From an uncultured Opitutia bacterium (GTDB taxonomy: Bacteria > Verrucomicrobiota > Verrucomicrobiia > Opitutales > UBA953): a DNA stretch of 31,498 nt. Within the stretch, counting starts at the first letter, position 1. Every line of letters starts with the position of its first letter. The stretch lies in NCBI GenBank assembly GCA_903910245.1, contig CAIVYX010000008.1, positions 1 through 31,498 on the forward strand, read 5' to 3'. Shown piece after piece: positions 18,122-26,880 of this stretch. Made by a program: the position numbers and the translations under genes. The notes under the pieces are model-generated. The model made no database searches and was not told where the DNA came from. It saw only the letters and a program-made list of their open reading frames with translations.

Positions 18122-18514
18122 TCAGTTCGACATTGGCTCGAAGGGCTTCTGGAATACGTCCTTAAATTCGTAGACTTCCTTGAAGTCCTCAAGATTGTCC
18201 TCGGGCGAGCGACCGAACATTCCGGTCTCGATGATATTAAAGACGATGTTGCCGACGTCGGCCGACTTCCGGAGACCCCAGTTATGGAGGAGCGGATAAG
18301 ACATCGGACCGTAGGTTTCGAGCACGTGCTGACGGAACCCTTCGAGTAACTGCGGACCGCTGACGTGCCGGTTCGTAGTACTCTTGCCCTTCTTCGGTTC
18401 ACCGTGCGTAAGCTTCTGGGCGAGGTCGAGCCCGAGACGAACCACGTCATAAGCCTGGGGCTGATAACGGGGGTCCTTCTGGCGGATGATGCGGACAGCT
18501 TCGTCGAAATCCAT
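18122..18514 (-). CDS. Minf_1886-family (Planctomycetes/Verrucomicrobia-restricted, TIGR04138-like) protein of unknown function
   Basis: DPRYQPQAYDVVRLGL, RHVSGPQLLEGFR, YGPM...WG, DVGNIVFNIIE, DNLEDF. Confidence 0.85.
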   Translation of the reverse strand: MDFDEAVRIIRQKDPRYQPQAYDVVRLGLDLAQKLTHGEPKKGKSTTNRHVSGPQLLEGFRQHVLETYGPMSYPLLHNWGLRKSADVGNIVFNIIETGMFGRSPEDNLEDFKEVYEFKDVFQKPFEPMSN

Positions 18515-18516
18515 GA

Positions 18517-19605
18517 TCAGAGTTTGGCGAGTTCGGAGAGCAGGCGGGCGTTCTGCGCTTCGGTACCAACAGTCAGGCGGAGCCAGCCCGTCATGCCGTA
18601 ACCGCGGAGCGGCCGCACGATCACCCCGGACTTCTGCAGGAGGGTGAAAACCTCCTCGGCCTTTGGGATCTGCACAGCGAGGAAGTTGGCTTTGCCATCG
18701 ATATAGGCGAAGCCGAGCTGCTTGAGGCCGGCGGACAGCTGCGCGATACCGGCGTCGTTTACTTCGCGGGTGCGACGAACAAATGCTTCGTCATCGAGGG
18801 CGGCTTCGGCGGCGGCAAGCGCTGGGAGATTCACGTTAAACGGCTGACGGACGCGATTGAGGAGGCCGCAGACGTCAACTGAACCCAGCAGGTACCCGAC
18901 GCGTAGCCCGGCAAGTCCATAGGCCTTGGAGAAGGTGCGGGAAAGCACGACCTTGCGACCCGACTGCATGAGCGGGCGCAGATCGGCGGAAGTTTCGAGG
19001 TATTCCGTGTAGGCCTCGTCGAGGCAGAAGATTACGTCCTCCGGCAAGGAAGCGGCGAAGGCGAGGATATCGGCCGGATCGTCGGTTCCGCCGGTCGGAT
19101 TATTCGGACTAGCCAGGAAGACGATCCGGGTCTTCGGGGTGACCGCGGCGCGCATGGCCTTGAGGTCATGGCGATAGCCCGGCATCGGCACTTCGACCGG
19201 TGTCGCACCGAAGAGCATCGTTGCGAGCTTGTAGACGATGAAGGCTTGCGAACCGAATACCACCTCGTCGCCCGGGCGAAGGAAAGTCTGCGCAAGCATG
19301 ATCATCACCTCGTTCGAACCGTTGCCGATGACGAAATTACCCGGCTCCAGCGACCATTTCTTTGCTAATTTCTCGCGCAGGAAGGTGCAGGCGCCATCGG
19401 GATAAAGGTGACAATGTTCGAGAGCCTTGCGGGCGGCGGCCAAACCAAGGGGCGAAGGGCCCAGGGGGTTCTCATTAGAGGCAAGCTTGATGACGGCCGC
19501 GGGATCTAGGCCGAACTCACGGGCAACGACCTCGATGGGACGGCCGGCCTCGTAGACGGGCTGGGTGAGCACAGGACGATTGGCTAGGTCTGAATAGGAA
19601 GCCAT
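18517..19605 (-). CDS. hisC: Histidinol-phosphate aminotransferase
   Basis: IKLASNENPLGPSP, YPD, GNGSNE, SPNNPTG, DEAY, PLP lysine in RTFSKAYGLAGLRVGY. ATG 19605 preferred. Confidence 0.95.
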   Translation of the reverse strand: MASYSDLANRPVLTQPVYEAGRPIEVVAREFGLDPAAVIKLASNENPLGPSPLGLAAARKALEHCHLYPDGACTFLREKLAKKWSLEPGNFVIGNGSNEVMIMLAQTFLRPGDEVVFGSQAFIVYKLATMLFGATPVEVPMPGYRHDLKAMRAAVTPKTRIVFLASPNNPTGGTDDPADILAFAASLPEDVIFCLDEAYTEYLETSADLRPLMQSGRKVVLSRTFSKAYGLAGLRVGYLLGSVDVCGLLNRVRQPFNVNLPALAAAEAALDDEAFVRRTREVNDAGIAQLSAGLKQLGFAYIDGKANFLAVQIPKAEEVFTLLQKSGVIVRPLRGYGMTGWLRLTVGTEAQNARLLSELAKL

Positions 19606-19638
19606 GAATGAAGTAACCAATGTGACTGTTGGTGCAAT

Positions 19639-19673
19639 TGGCAAGCGAGAGCGATCGCCCTCCCCGCTTGCCA
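19639..19673. promoter_or_regulatory. Inverted repeat TGGCAAGCG...CGCTTGCCA whose arms are back-to-back TTGCCA -35-like boxes for hisC and the rmlD-like gene
   Basis: Perfect 9-bp arms with an internal GCGATCGC palindrome. On the plus strand: TTGCCA(19668)-17 nt-TAAGCG-6 nt-ATG(19703). Confidence 0.55.
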
Positions 19674-19702
19674 CTGGCACTACCGAGGCTTAAGCGTGCA
19701 CC

Positions 19703-20668
19703 ATGAAACTCGTCGTCACCGGCGCCTCCGGATTCCTTGGTCGCGAGGTCTGTCTCGCCGCCTTGCGACGCGGACACGAAGTCCTGGCGCTGGGCGGGAC
19801 CCGCGCGCCGACGATCCCGGGCGTGGCGCAGGCGCGGGCGTTCGACCTCTGCTCCGAGGCCGCCCTCGAAGCCCTGGTGCTCGAAGAGTTCCCTCAAGCC
19901 GTCGTGCATTGCGCCGCCCTGCCGACGATCGAAGCCTGCCTGGCTGACCCCACGCGCGCCAAGGTACTCAACTCCGACGTCCCGAAAAAGTTCGCGCAGC
20001 TGTGCTTCCACCTCGGCGCCAAACTTGTCCACCTTTCGACCGACACCGTCTTTGACGGCATCGCGGGCAGCTATCAGCCCACCGACCAACCCGCCCCCCT
20101 TAACCTCTATGGGGAGACCAAGGCGGCCGCCGAAGTCGAAGTCCTGCGTTACGGCCGGGAACATGCCGCCGTGCTGCGCACCTCGCCGATTATTGGCAAC
20201 TCGGTCAGCGGCGACCGCGGATTACATGAACGACTGTTCGCCTCCTGGAAGGAAGGCAAGGCGACCACTTTATTCACCGACGAGATTCGCCAGCCTGTCG
20301 AGGTGTCGAACCTCGCGGACGTCACCATTGAACTTTGCGAACGCAGCAACCTCTCGGGGCTCTATCACTGGGCAGGCACCGAAGCCATGAGCCGGCACGA
20401 GATTGGCGTCCGGATCGCCCGGCATTTTGGACTTAATGCCGATGCACTCGTGCGATCAATCAGCCGCGCAGAAGTGCCCTCCGCTGCCGCCCGTCCACGT
20501 GACCTCAGCCTGCGCCTACACCCATTGGCCGGAAAGCTTCGCACCCAGGCCCAATCCTTCGACGAACAACTCGCGTCACTCCGTATTCCTCGCGGCAGTG
20601 AAGAATGGTACGAGAAAGAGACTGGCCGAAAGGTCGTGCGTCGGATGGAAAAAGGCGTAGACTTCTGA
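19703..20668 (+). CDS. Extended SDR, dTDP-4-dehydrorhamnose reductase (RmlD)/MAT2B-like
   Basis: VVTGASGFLG, VHCAA, HLSTDTVFDG, catalytic YGETK, FTDEIRQP, GLYHWAG. Confidence 0.85.
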   Translation: MKLVVTGASGFLGREVCLAALRRGHEVLALGGTRAPTIPGVAQARAFDLCSEAALEALVLEEFPQAVVHCAALPTIEACLADPTRAKVLNSDVPKKFAQLCFHLGAKLVHLSTDTVFDGIAGSYQPTDQPAPLNLYGETKAAAEVEVLRYGREHAAVLRTSPIIGNSVSGDRGLHERLFASWKEGKATTLFTDEIRQPVEVSNLADVTIELCERSNLSGLYHWAGTEAMSRHEIGVRIARHFGLNADALVRSISRAEVPSAAARPRDLSLRLHPLAGKLRTQAQSFDEQLASLRIPRGSEEWYEKETGRKVVRRMEKGVDF

Positions 20669-20670
20669 GG

Positions 20671-21366
20671 ATGGACGTTCTCCCGCGTCAAGCCGCCGAC
20701 GCCGTCGCCAACATGGCGGCGGACCTTTTGCTCTTGGAGTCCTATCCTGCGCCCAAGAACATACGCTTCCGCGCCTATGCCTGGTCGGCCCCCGCCTTCA
20801 CTTTCGGGGTATCGCAGTCGTGGGCCAAATACCGCGAAATCGTGCCCGCCCGCTACCCCCTCGTCCGACGTAGCACCGGCGGCGGTCTGGTTTCGCACCT
20901 AGATGATTGGACGTTCGCCTTGGTAATTCCGGACGGACACCCTCTTTTTAAGGCTGATGCGATGGCCAGCTATGCCGCCGTGCATGAAGCCCTACTCCAG
21001 GCACTCCTGCTCCAAGGTCAGCCGGTGCAGCTGGCACCCATGCCCTCGGGCACCCGTGACTTCCAATCGCCGGACGATTGCGCCCGGCGCGCCGAACCTA
21101 ATGATCTCGTTCGCAGCGATGACGGTCGCAAGGTGGCCGGTGCTGCCCAGAAACGCACCCGGAGCGGCCTCCTGATCGAAGGCTACATCTGGCGCCCCTT
21201 TCTGTCCGACTGCGATTGGGGCCGCTTTGAGAAGGACTTCGTTCAGACGCTCAGCGCAGTGCTGAAAAGCCCGGCTGTTTCCGTACCCGAACCGACCTAT
21301 CATCAGTTCGACCACGAAGGGACCTGGGCAAAGTTCGCCTCCCGGGATTGGAACGAACGAATCTAA
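20671..21366 (+). CDS. Lipoate-protein ligase/octanoyltransferase (BPL_LplA_LipB) single-domain protein (231 aa)
   Basis: NMAADLLLL, FRAYAW...TFG, VRRSTGGGLVSH, D...DGRKVAGAAQKR. No LplA C-terminal domain. Confidence 0.85.
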   Translation: MDVLPRQAADAVANMAADLLLLESYPAPKNIRFRAYAWSAPAFTFGVSQSWAKYREIVPARYPLVRRSTGGGLVSHLDDWTFALVIPDGHPLFKADAMASYAAVHEALLQALLLQGQPVQLAPMPSGTRDFQSPDDCARRAEPNDLVRSDDGRKVAGAAQKRTRSGLLIEGYIWRPFLSDCDWGRFEKDFVQTLSAVLKSPAVSVPEPTYHQFDHEGTWAKFASRDWNERI

Positions 21367-23906
21367 GCGAAGAGATCGAGCTCAGGGCCGGCTTCCTTGG
21401 CCTTTGGCTTAGGCGTAGCGGGCTTTTTGGGCTCCAGAGAGGGCGAGGGCACTCCGGCCATCGGTAAGGCCTTAGCGGGCAACCCTGAGCCAGCCTCAAG
21501 CCCTCCAAGGATCTCACGGGCACGCTGGACGACCGCCGGAGGCATGCCGGCCAACCGGGCGACCTGGATGCCGTAAGAACGGTCAGCCGCACCCGGGACC
21601 ACCCTGCGGACAAAGACAATCTCGTCCTTCCACTCTTTGACGGCGACGGACCAATTACGCAGCCGCTGCATGGAGTCGGCAAGTTTGGTCAGTTCGTGAT
21701 AGTGGGTAGCGAAAAGGGTTCGCGGTCCAGCTTCGGCGCCGCCGTGGAGATGCTCGGCCACGGCCCAAGCGATGCTGATACCGTCATAGGTGCTTGTACC
21801 GCGACCGATTTCGTCCAGCACCACCAAAGAACGCGTCGTGGCGTTATTCAGGATATTGGCGGTCTCGTTCATCTCGACCATGAAGGTCGAGTTGCCCCGC
21901 GAAAGTTCATCAGAAGCGCCGACGCGACAAAAGATCCGATCGACGAGGCCAATGCGTGCAGAAGCGGCCGGCACCCAGCAACCGAGATGGGCGAGCATGG
22001 CGATGAGTGCGACCTGACGGATGTAGGTCGACTTGCCGGCCATGTTCGGTCCGGTGAGTAAGGCGATCTGCTCGCCTGTGCTACTCAGGCGGGTATCATT
22101 GGGGACGAACGAACCCGCGCCCGGACGAGATTGCAGCATCCGCTCCACGACAGGATGGCGGCCTTGCTCAATCTCCAGCGCGTCGCTGTCATCGACGATG
22201 GGTTTGGTCCAGTTTGCTTCGCGGGCGAGTTCGGCCCAGCCGCGGACGATATCGACCTCGGCGACCGCCTGCGCGGTGGCCAACAAAGACTCCGTGCGGG
22301 CAATGACTCCAGCGAGCAGGGTCTGGAAGAGTTCGGTCTCGCGGGCGAGCGCCTGTTCGTCAGCGCGCAGGACTTCGCGTTCTTTGGTCCGTAGTTCTTC
22401 GGTGGTGAAGCGCTCGGCATTCACCATGGTTTGCTTGCGGATATAATCGGCGGGTACCGCCGCGAGATTGGCCTTAGTGATTTCGATGGCGTAGCCGAAG
22501 GCGCCGTTGTAACGGACCTTTAGGGACTTGATGCCAGTCCGGTGCTGCTCGTTGCGCTCGAACTCGGCGATCCAACCCTTACTGTCGGAGGCAAGCGAGC
22601 GGAGTCGATCGAGTTCGGCGTCGAAACCTGCGCGAAGCGCCCCACCTTCGCTCAGATCGACGGGAAGTTCATCGCCTAAGGCGGACTCGAGCCTTGCGAG
22701 GAGTTCTGGCTCGGGATTGATGCGGCCGGCCTGTTCGGCGAGCGCTCCTCCCGGAAGAGCCAGCAGTTCTTCCCGGATCGGAGGAAGGGAGCGAAGCGTA
22801 TCGCGGACACCGCCCAGTTCGCGCGGATTTCGGAGGCGGTTCTGCAAGCGAGCGAGGATGCGGGCGATATCGCGGACACCACGCAGCGCTTCACCGACGC
22901 GGGAGGAGGCGCCAGGATGCTTAAAGAATTCGCCGACGGCGTTCTGGCGTTGGGCGATCGTGGCGAGGTCGGTCGAGGGCTCGGCCAGCCAGAGCGCCAG
23001 CAAACGGGCTCCCGAGGGAGTCTCCGTCCGGTCAATCGTCTCGAGCAGCGAACCTTCGCGAGAGCCATTGGAAGATACGAAGAGTTCGAGGTTACGGGAA
23101 GAGGCCGCATCCAGCAGGACGGACGAACCCAGCTTAGTCTCAATCAGGCGGAAAAGATTCTTCGGACGGTCGCAGAGCGAATCGGTGACATAACCCAGGA
23201 CGGCGCCCGCCACGCCCAAGGCGGGATGTTCTTCGGTCAGACCAAAACCCGCGAGGCCATGGACCGAGAGGGTCTGGGCGACGAGCCGAGCGCCGGCGGT
23301 ACCATCAAAGTTCCATCCAGGTAGACGGGAGACCGCCCTCCCCTGCAGGAAGACCTCAAGCGCTTCACGATGTTCAGCGGGAGGCTCGAGTCCCTCCGGG
23401 AGGATAATCTCCCGCGGAGAGACCGAGTGAAGCAAAGGGAGCAAGCGCGCGGGAGAGGCATCTGTTGCTAGCCGAAAATCGGCCGTCGAGACATCCAGCC
23501 AAGAAGCATGCCAGCCCTGCTTGTCCCAAGAGATAGCCGCCAGATAGTTTCCCCGACGTGAATCGAGCTGCGAATCTTCAAGCGCCGTACCAGGAGTCAG
23601 GATGCGGGTCAGGCCTCGGCGGACTAGCTTACCGGCGACCGGCGCCTCGAGCTGATCGCAGATGGCGACTTTCCAGCCAGCCGCCAGGAGACGGTTTACG
23701 TAGGCGGGAGCGGCATGGTGCGGCAAGCCGGCCATCGGCGTCTCGTGACGCTTCGTGAGCGTCAGCCCTAAGACCTTGGCGGCCACCACGGCATCCTCAC
23801 CGAAGACCTCATAGAAGTCGCCTAGGCGAAAAAACAAGACCGTTCCCGGGGAGAGTTTCTCACGAAACTCGCGGTACTGACTCTGCATCGGGGTTTCTTT
23901 TTCCAC
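21363..23906 (-). CDS. mutS: DNA mismatch repair protein MutS (MutS1)
   Basis: ETPMQSQY, FFRLGDFYEVF, EQGRHPVVE, LLTGPNMAGKSTYIRQ, STFMVEM, LDEIGRGTSTYDG, FATHYHEL, SYGIQVARLAG. GTG 23906 preferred as start. Confidence 0.98.
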   Translation of the reverse strand: MEKETPMQSQYREFREKLSPGTVLFFRLGDFYEVFGEDAVVAAKVLGLTLTKRHETPMAGLPHHAAPAYVNRLLAAGWKVAICDQLEAPVAGKLVRRGLTRILTPGTALEDSQLDSRRGNYLAAISWDKQGWHASWLDVSTADFRLATDASPARLLPLLHSVSPREIILPEGLEPPAEHREALEVFLQGRAVSRLPGWNFDGTAGARLVAQTLSVHGLAGFGLTEEHPALGVAGAVLGYVTDSLCDRPKNLFRLIETKLGSSVLLDAASSRNLELFVSSNGSREGSLLETIDRTETPSGARLLALWLAEPSTDLATIAQRQNAVGEFFKHPGASSRVGEALRGVRDIARILARLQNRLRNPRELGGVRDTLRSLPPIREELLALPGGALAEQAGRINPEPELLARLESALGDELPVDLSEGGALRAGFDAELDRLRSLASDSKGWIAEFERNEQHRTGIKSLKVRYNGAFGYAIEITKANLAAVPADYIRKQTMVNAERFTTEELRTKEREVLRADEQALARETELFQTLLAGVIARTESLLATAQAVAEVDIVRGWAELAREANWTKPIVDDSDALEIEQGRHPVVERMLQSRPGAGSFVPNDTRLSSTGEQIALLTGPNMAGKSTYIRQVALIAMLAHLGCWVPAASARIGLVDRIFCRVGASDELSRGNSTFMVEMNETANILNNATTRSLVVLDEIGRGTSTYDGISIAWAVAEHLHGGAEAGPRTLFATHYHELTKLADSMQRLRNWSVAVKEWKDEIVFVRRVVPGAADRSYGIQVARLAGMPPAVVQRAREILGGLEAGSGLPAKALPMAGVPSPSLEPKKPATPKPKAKEAGPELDLFA

Positions 23907-23942
23907 TGCGAGCAGGGAAACTCTCCGCAAACGTGTGCGCAA
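23907..23942 (-). promoter_or_regulatory. Putative leaderless promoter for mutS
   Basis: Minus strand: TTGCGC-17 nt-TTCCCT-7 nt-GTG. The -10 box is weak. Confidence 0.4.
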
Positions 23943-23960
23943 GAACGGACTGCCCTCCCC

Positions 23961-23977
23961 CCGCCCCCGAGGGGCGG
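23961..23977 (-). terminator. GC-rich hairpin just downstream of the PIN-PhoH gene (possible terminator or stabiliser)
   Basis: CCGCCCC-TCG-GGGGCGG (7-bp perfect stem) starts 8 nt after the stop. There is no U-tract, so it is not a canonical intrinsic terminator. Confidence 0.35.
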
Positions 23978-23985
23978 TAAGTTGC

Positions 23986-25521
23986 TCACATCAGCTGGGC
24001 GGCCAGCTCAGACAGGGCGCTACGGACGCCACTGATCAATCGCACATTGGCGATGATAGCATGGCCCTTCATGCGCTCATGGGTGTGAATCAGCCCGTTG
24101 GACTTACCGTCGAGGTAAGGGGTATCGACCTGATCCAAGTCGCCGATGAGGACGACCTTGGAGCCTTCCCCGATTCGCGTGATGACCGTCTTAGCTTCGT
24201 GCGGGGTCATGTTCTGGGCCTCGTCGACGATCATGAAGGCATGGCCAATCGAGCGACCGCGGATAAAGGTCATCGCTTCGATTTCGATGAGACCCGAGTC
24301 GATGAGCCACTGATAGGGCTTACGGGGCTGACTAACGGCCTGAAACTGCGAACCGAAGATCGGCTGCGGCGCTTTCATCGCCTGGGCCTTCTTCTGTCGA
24401 CGTTGCGAATCGGTGGCCACTGCCTCCTTGGCCAACGGCATGGGCGCGGAGTTTCCGTTCTTCGAGAAGAGGACCTCAAGGTTGTCGAAGTAAGGTTGGA
24501 TGTAAGGCGAAAGTTTTTCCTCCTTGGTGCCGGGAAGCGCACCGATGTCCTTACCGATCTGCACGACCGGACGGGAAACGTAGAGCTTCTTGTAAGGTGA
24601 GAAATCGCTGAGCACCTGCGAGAGCGCGGCGGCGATGGAAAGAAAAGTCTTCCCGGTGCCGGCACGACCGAAGCAGGTGACGAGACGGATCTCGGGATTA
24701 AGGAGAGCGTCGAGGAAGATCCATTGCTCAAAGTTCTTGGGGATGACGCGCATGCCGCGGGGCATCTGGAGCCCTTTACGAGCACCGCTGTCCGAAGACA
24801 TGAACTCACGATAGAGTCCGAGGGGAACGAAAGCGCCTTCGCCAACGTGGCGAGCCGGCTCAGTCCACGAGTCGGACGTGAACATCACGTATTCATTCAA
24901 GATGAGGGGCGGCTCTTCCTTGACCTTCACCTGTACCTGGCCGAGTTCGCGGAAATCGCGCATGGCTGCGGCAGTCACCTTGATGGTGCGGTATTCACCC
25001 TCGTCGCTGGTCTCAACGCGGTCGTTACGATAATCTTGGACATCCACCCCGAGGGCTTGGGCCTTGAGCGCCATGCAGGCGTCCTTGGTGACGAGGATCA
25101 CCGGACCCTTCGAGGTGTCGCGCATGTAGATCGCGGAGGCGATGATGCGATGGTCTGGGGCGTCGACCTGCATGAACACGGCGCGGACTCGTTCGGCCTT
25201 GGCTCCGTTGAAGTGGTCGCGGATGAGCGACTCATTGATGACGATGCGGAGTTCACCGCCGTCGCGAAGCTTCGCGTGCAGGGCACCGGGTTTCGTCGGG
25301 TCGCCATCCACAATCTCCTTTAATGGACGATTCTCAAAGAGACTTCGGATCGATCGATTAACCCTTCGCGCACTGGCGCCAAGTTGACCTTGCTGGGTCT
25401 TCAGACGATCGAGCTCAGACAAGACCTCGACAGGCACAGCGACAATGTGCTCGTCGAACTTGAACAAGGACTCGGGATCGTGAATTAGTACGTTGGTGTC
25501 CAGGACGTAAGTCTTTTTCAC
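23986..25521 (-). CDS. PIN-domain plus PhoH-like ATPase (PhoH2/YlaK type)
   Basis: PIN: YVLDTNVLIHDP, VLSELD, APDHRII, LVTKD. PhoH: GRAGTGKT, RPVV, IGALPGTKEEK, IRGRS, VDEAQN, IGDLDQVD. GAGGAG Shine-Dalgarno before the GTG. Confidence 0.93.
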   Translation of the reverse strand: MKKTYVLDTNVLIHDPESLFKFDEHIVAVPVEVLSELDRLKTQQGQLGASARRVNRSIRSLFENRPLKEIVDGDPTKPGALHAKLRDGGELRIVINESLIRDHFNGAKAERVRAVFMQVDAPDHRIIASAIYMRDTSKGPVILVTKDACMALKAQALGVDVQDYRNDRVETSDEGEYRTIKVTAAAMRDFRELGQVQVKVKEEPPLILNEYVMFTSDSWTEPARHVGEGAFVPLGLYREFMSSDSGARKGLQMPRGMRVIPKNFEQWIFLDALLNPEIRLVTCFGRAGTGKTFLSIAAALSQVLSDFSPYKKLYVSRPVVQIGKDIGALPGTKEEKLSPYIQPYFDNLEVLFSKNGNSAPMPLAKEAVATDSQRRQKKAQAMKAPQPIFGSQFQAVSQPRKPYQWLIDSGLIEIEAMTFIRGRSIGHAFMIVDEAQNMTPHEAKTVITRIGEGSKVVLIGDLDQVDTPYLDGKSNGLIHTHERMKGHAIIANVRLISGVRSALSELAAQLM

Positions 25522-25566
25522 ATCTCCTCACGTGACCAAAATTGGAGAGAGCGCAATCCGTAAAAA

Positions 25567-25869
25567 TTATTTCGTGACGTCCATTGCGCTTAGGTATTCC
25601 CAACTATAGATACCTGTACGATGTCCGTCGCTGAACTCTAAAGTGACGGCATAGTTGCCGACGCGACTCAATCCGGTGACGACGACTCCGGGGAATCTTC
25701 GAGGCCCGTCGCCACCCCAACGCTGCCCGAGGATGTCGACCTCACCCATGTTCTCGGCGCTCGGAGAAAGCTCACGAAGAAGTTCGGCCCGGAGGCATTG
25801 CTCACGGCCATCTTCCCAGGTGATGGCAACGAAATCACCGATAATCTGAAGGTCTCGCGGCGGCCGCAT
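25567..25869 (-). CDS. DUF971 (gamma-butyrobetaine hydroxylase N-terminal-like) protein (100 aa)
   Basis: ITWEDG, LRELSPSAE, VGNYAVTLEFSDGHRTGIYSWEYL. Start at ATG 25869, not the ORF-track start 26103, which overlaps ybaB. Confidence 0.88.
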   Translation of the reverse strand: MRPPRDLQIIGDFVAITWEDGREQCLRAELLRELSPSAENMGEVDILGQRWGGDGPRRFPGVVVTGLSRVGNYAVTLEFSDGHRTGIYSWEYLSAMDVTK

Positions 25870-25903
25870 AGCCCCAAAGTGCGGTCTGTCGACGCGGTGG
25901 CAA
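25870..25903 (-). promoter_or_regulatory. Putative leaderless promoter for the DUF971-PIN/PhoH unit
   Basis: Minus strand: CTCCCTGC-TTGCCA-16 nt-CACTTT-6 nt-ATG. Confidence 0.5.
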
Positions 25904-25928
25904 GCAGGGAGCGGACGGCGGGACGACC

Positions 25929-25965
25929 TTGACTCCCCGGACCTGGTCGGGACTGTAATCGAACT
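25929..25965 (+). promoter_or_regulatory. Putative leaderless promoter for the ybaB-recR-rsm22-like operon
   Basis: TTGACT(25929)-19 nt-TGTAAT(25954)-6 nt-ATG(25966). No Shine-Dalgarno. Confidence 0.5.
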
Positions 25966-26271
25966 ATGGCAGGCGTAGGCAAACTCCTCAAACAGGCCCA
26001 GAAGATGCAACGTGGCATCGCTGAGGCCCAACATCAGCTCACTGCGGAGAGACTCGACGTCTCCCATGGCGGCGGCGCGATCAAGATCACGGTCAACGGC
26101 CATGGGCTGGTCCTCGCCCTGTCAATCGACCCCGAGTTCATCAAGGAGGACAAGGCGATGGTCGAGCAGTCCCTCGTCGCCGCCCTGCAGGAAGCATCGG
26201 CCAAGGCTCGGGAACTCCACGAGGCCACGATGTCGAAGGCTACGGCCGGCTTCTCCCTGCCCGGGATGTGA
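25966..26271 (+). CDS. ybaB: YbaB/EbfC nucleoid-associated protein
   Basis: KLLKQAQKMQ, GGGAIKITVNG, LSIDPE, directly upstream of recR. Confidence 0.95.
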   Translation: MAGVGKLLKQAQKMQRGIAEAQHQLTAERLDVSHGGGAIKITVNGHGLVLALSIDPEFIKEDKAMVEQSLVAALQEASAKARELHEATMSKATAGFSLPGM

Positions 26272-26277
26272 TCGCTC

Positions 26278-26880
26278 GTGACTCCCTCTTTCGACAAGGT
26301 TCGCCAACTCCTTAAGATGCTTCCGGGCATGGGGCATCGCTCCGCCGAACGCATCGCCTTGCACCTTCTGGTCGAAAGACCCGGCAAGCTCGCTCCCCTG
26401 CTTGAATCCCTGCAGGCTGCCGCCTCGGCGGTCCGAAGGTGTGCCCGCTGCGGAAGCCTCGCCGAGGCCGAACTTTGCCCGATCTGCCTCGAACCCAAGC
26501 GGGAGCCCGGGTCGATCTGCGTCGTCGAACAAGTGCCCGACCTAATGGCCATCGAGCGCTCTGCAGCCTATCGTGGTACCTATCACGTTCTGCATGGTCG
26601 CCTGTCTCCGATCAACGGCGTCGGACCCGATCAGCTTAACCTAGGTAGCTTCGAACAGCGGCTTAAGGACGAACCGATCACAGAGGTCGTCCTGGCTCTG
26701 GGCAACGACATCGAAGGCGAAGCGACCTGCCACTATATCAGCGAAGCAATCCATGCGGTCCGCCCCACGATCAAGATCTCCCGCATCGGCTTCGGCCTAC
26801 CCAGCGGCAGCGGCCTGACTTTCGCCGATCCGGCCACGCTGCGCAGCGCGCTGGAGGGACGTCGAGATGTCGCCAACTGA
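26278..26880 (+). CDS. recR: Recombination mediator RecR
   Basis: LPGMGHRSAERIA helix-hairpin-helix, C4 finger CARC...CPIC, ICVVE, YHVLHGRLSP, Toprim IEGEAT, RIGFGLP. Confidence 0.97.
   Translation: MTPSFDKVRQLLKMLPGMGHRSAERIALHLLVERPGKLAPLLESLQAAASAVRRCARCGSLAEAELCPICLEPKREPGSICVVEQVPDLMAIERSAAYRGTYHVLHGRLSPINGVGPDQLNLGSFEQRLKDEPITEVVLALGNDIEGEATCHYISEAIHAVRPTIKISRIGFGLPSGSGLTFADPATLRSALEGRRDVAN

Noticed and set aside
25700-25790. DUF971 lacking Zn-binding CxCxxC
   Set aside because: The SPSAE variant is a common form of the family.
25870-25965. Possible SRP (ffs) RNA upstream of ybaB-recR
   Set aside because: No conserved SRP domain IV core (GGAA loop with AGCAG), and the 96-bp gap is accounted for by two promoter candidates.
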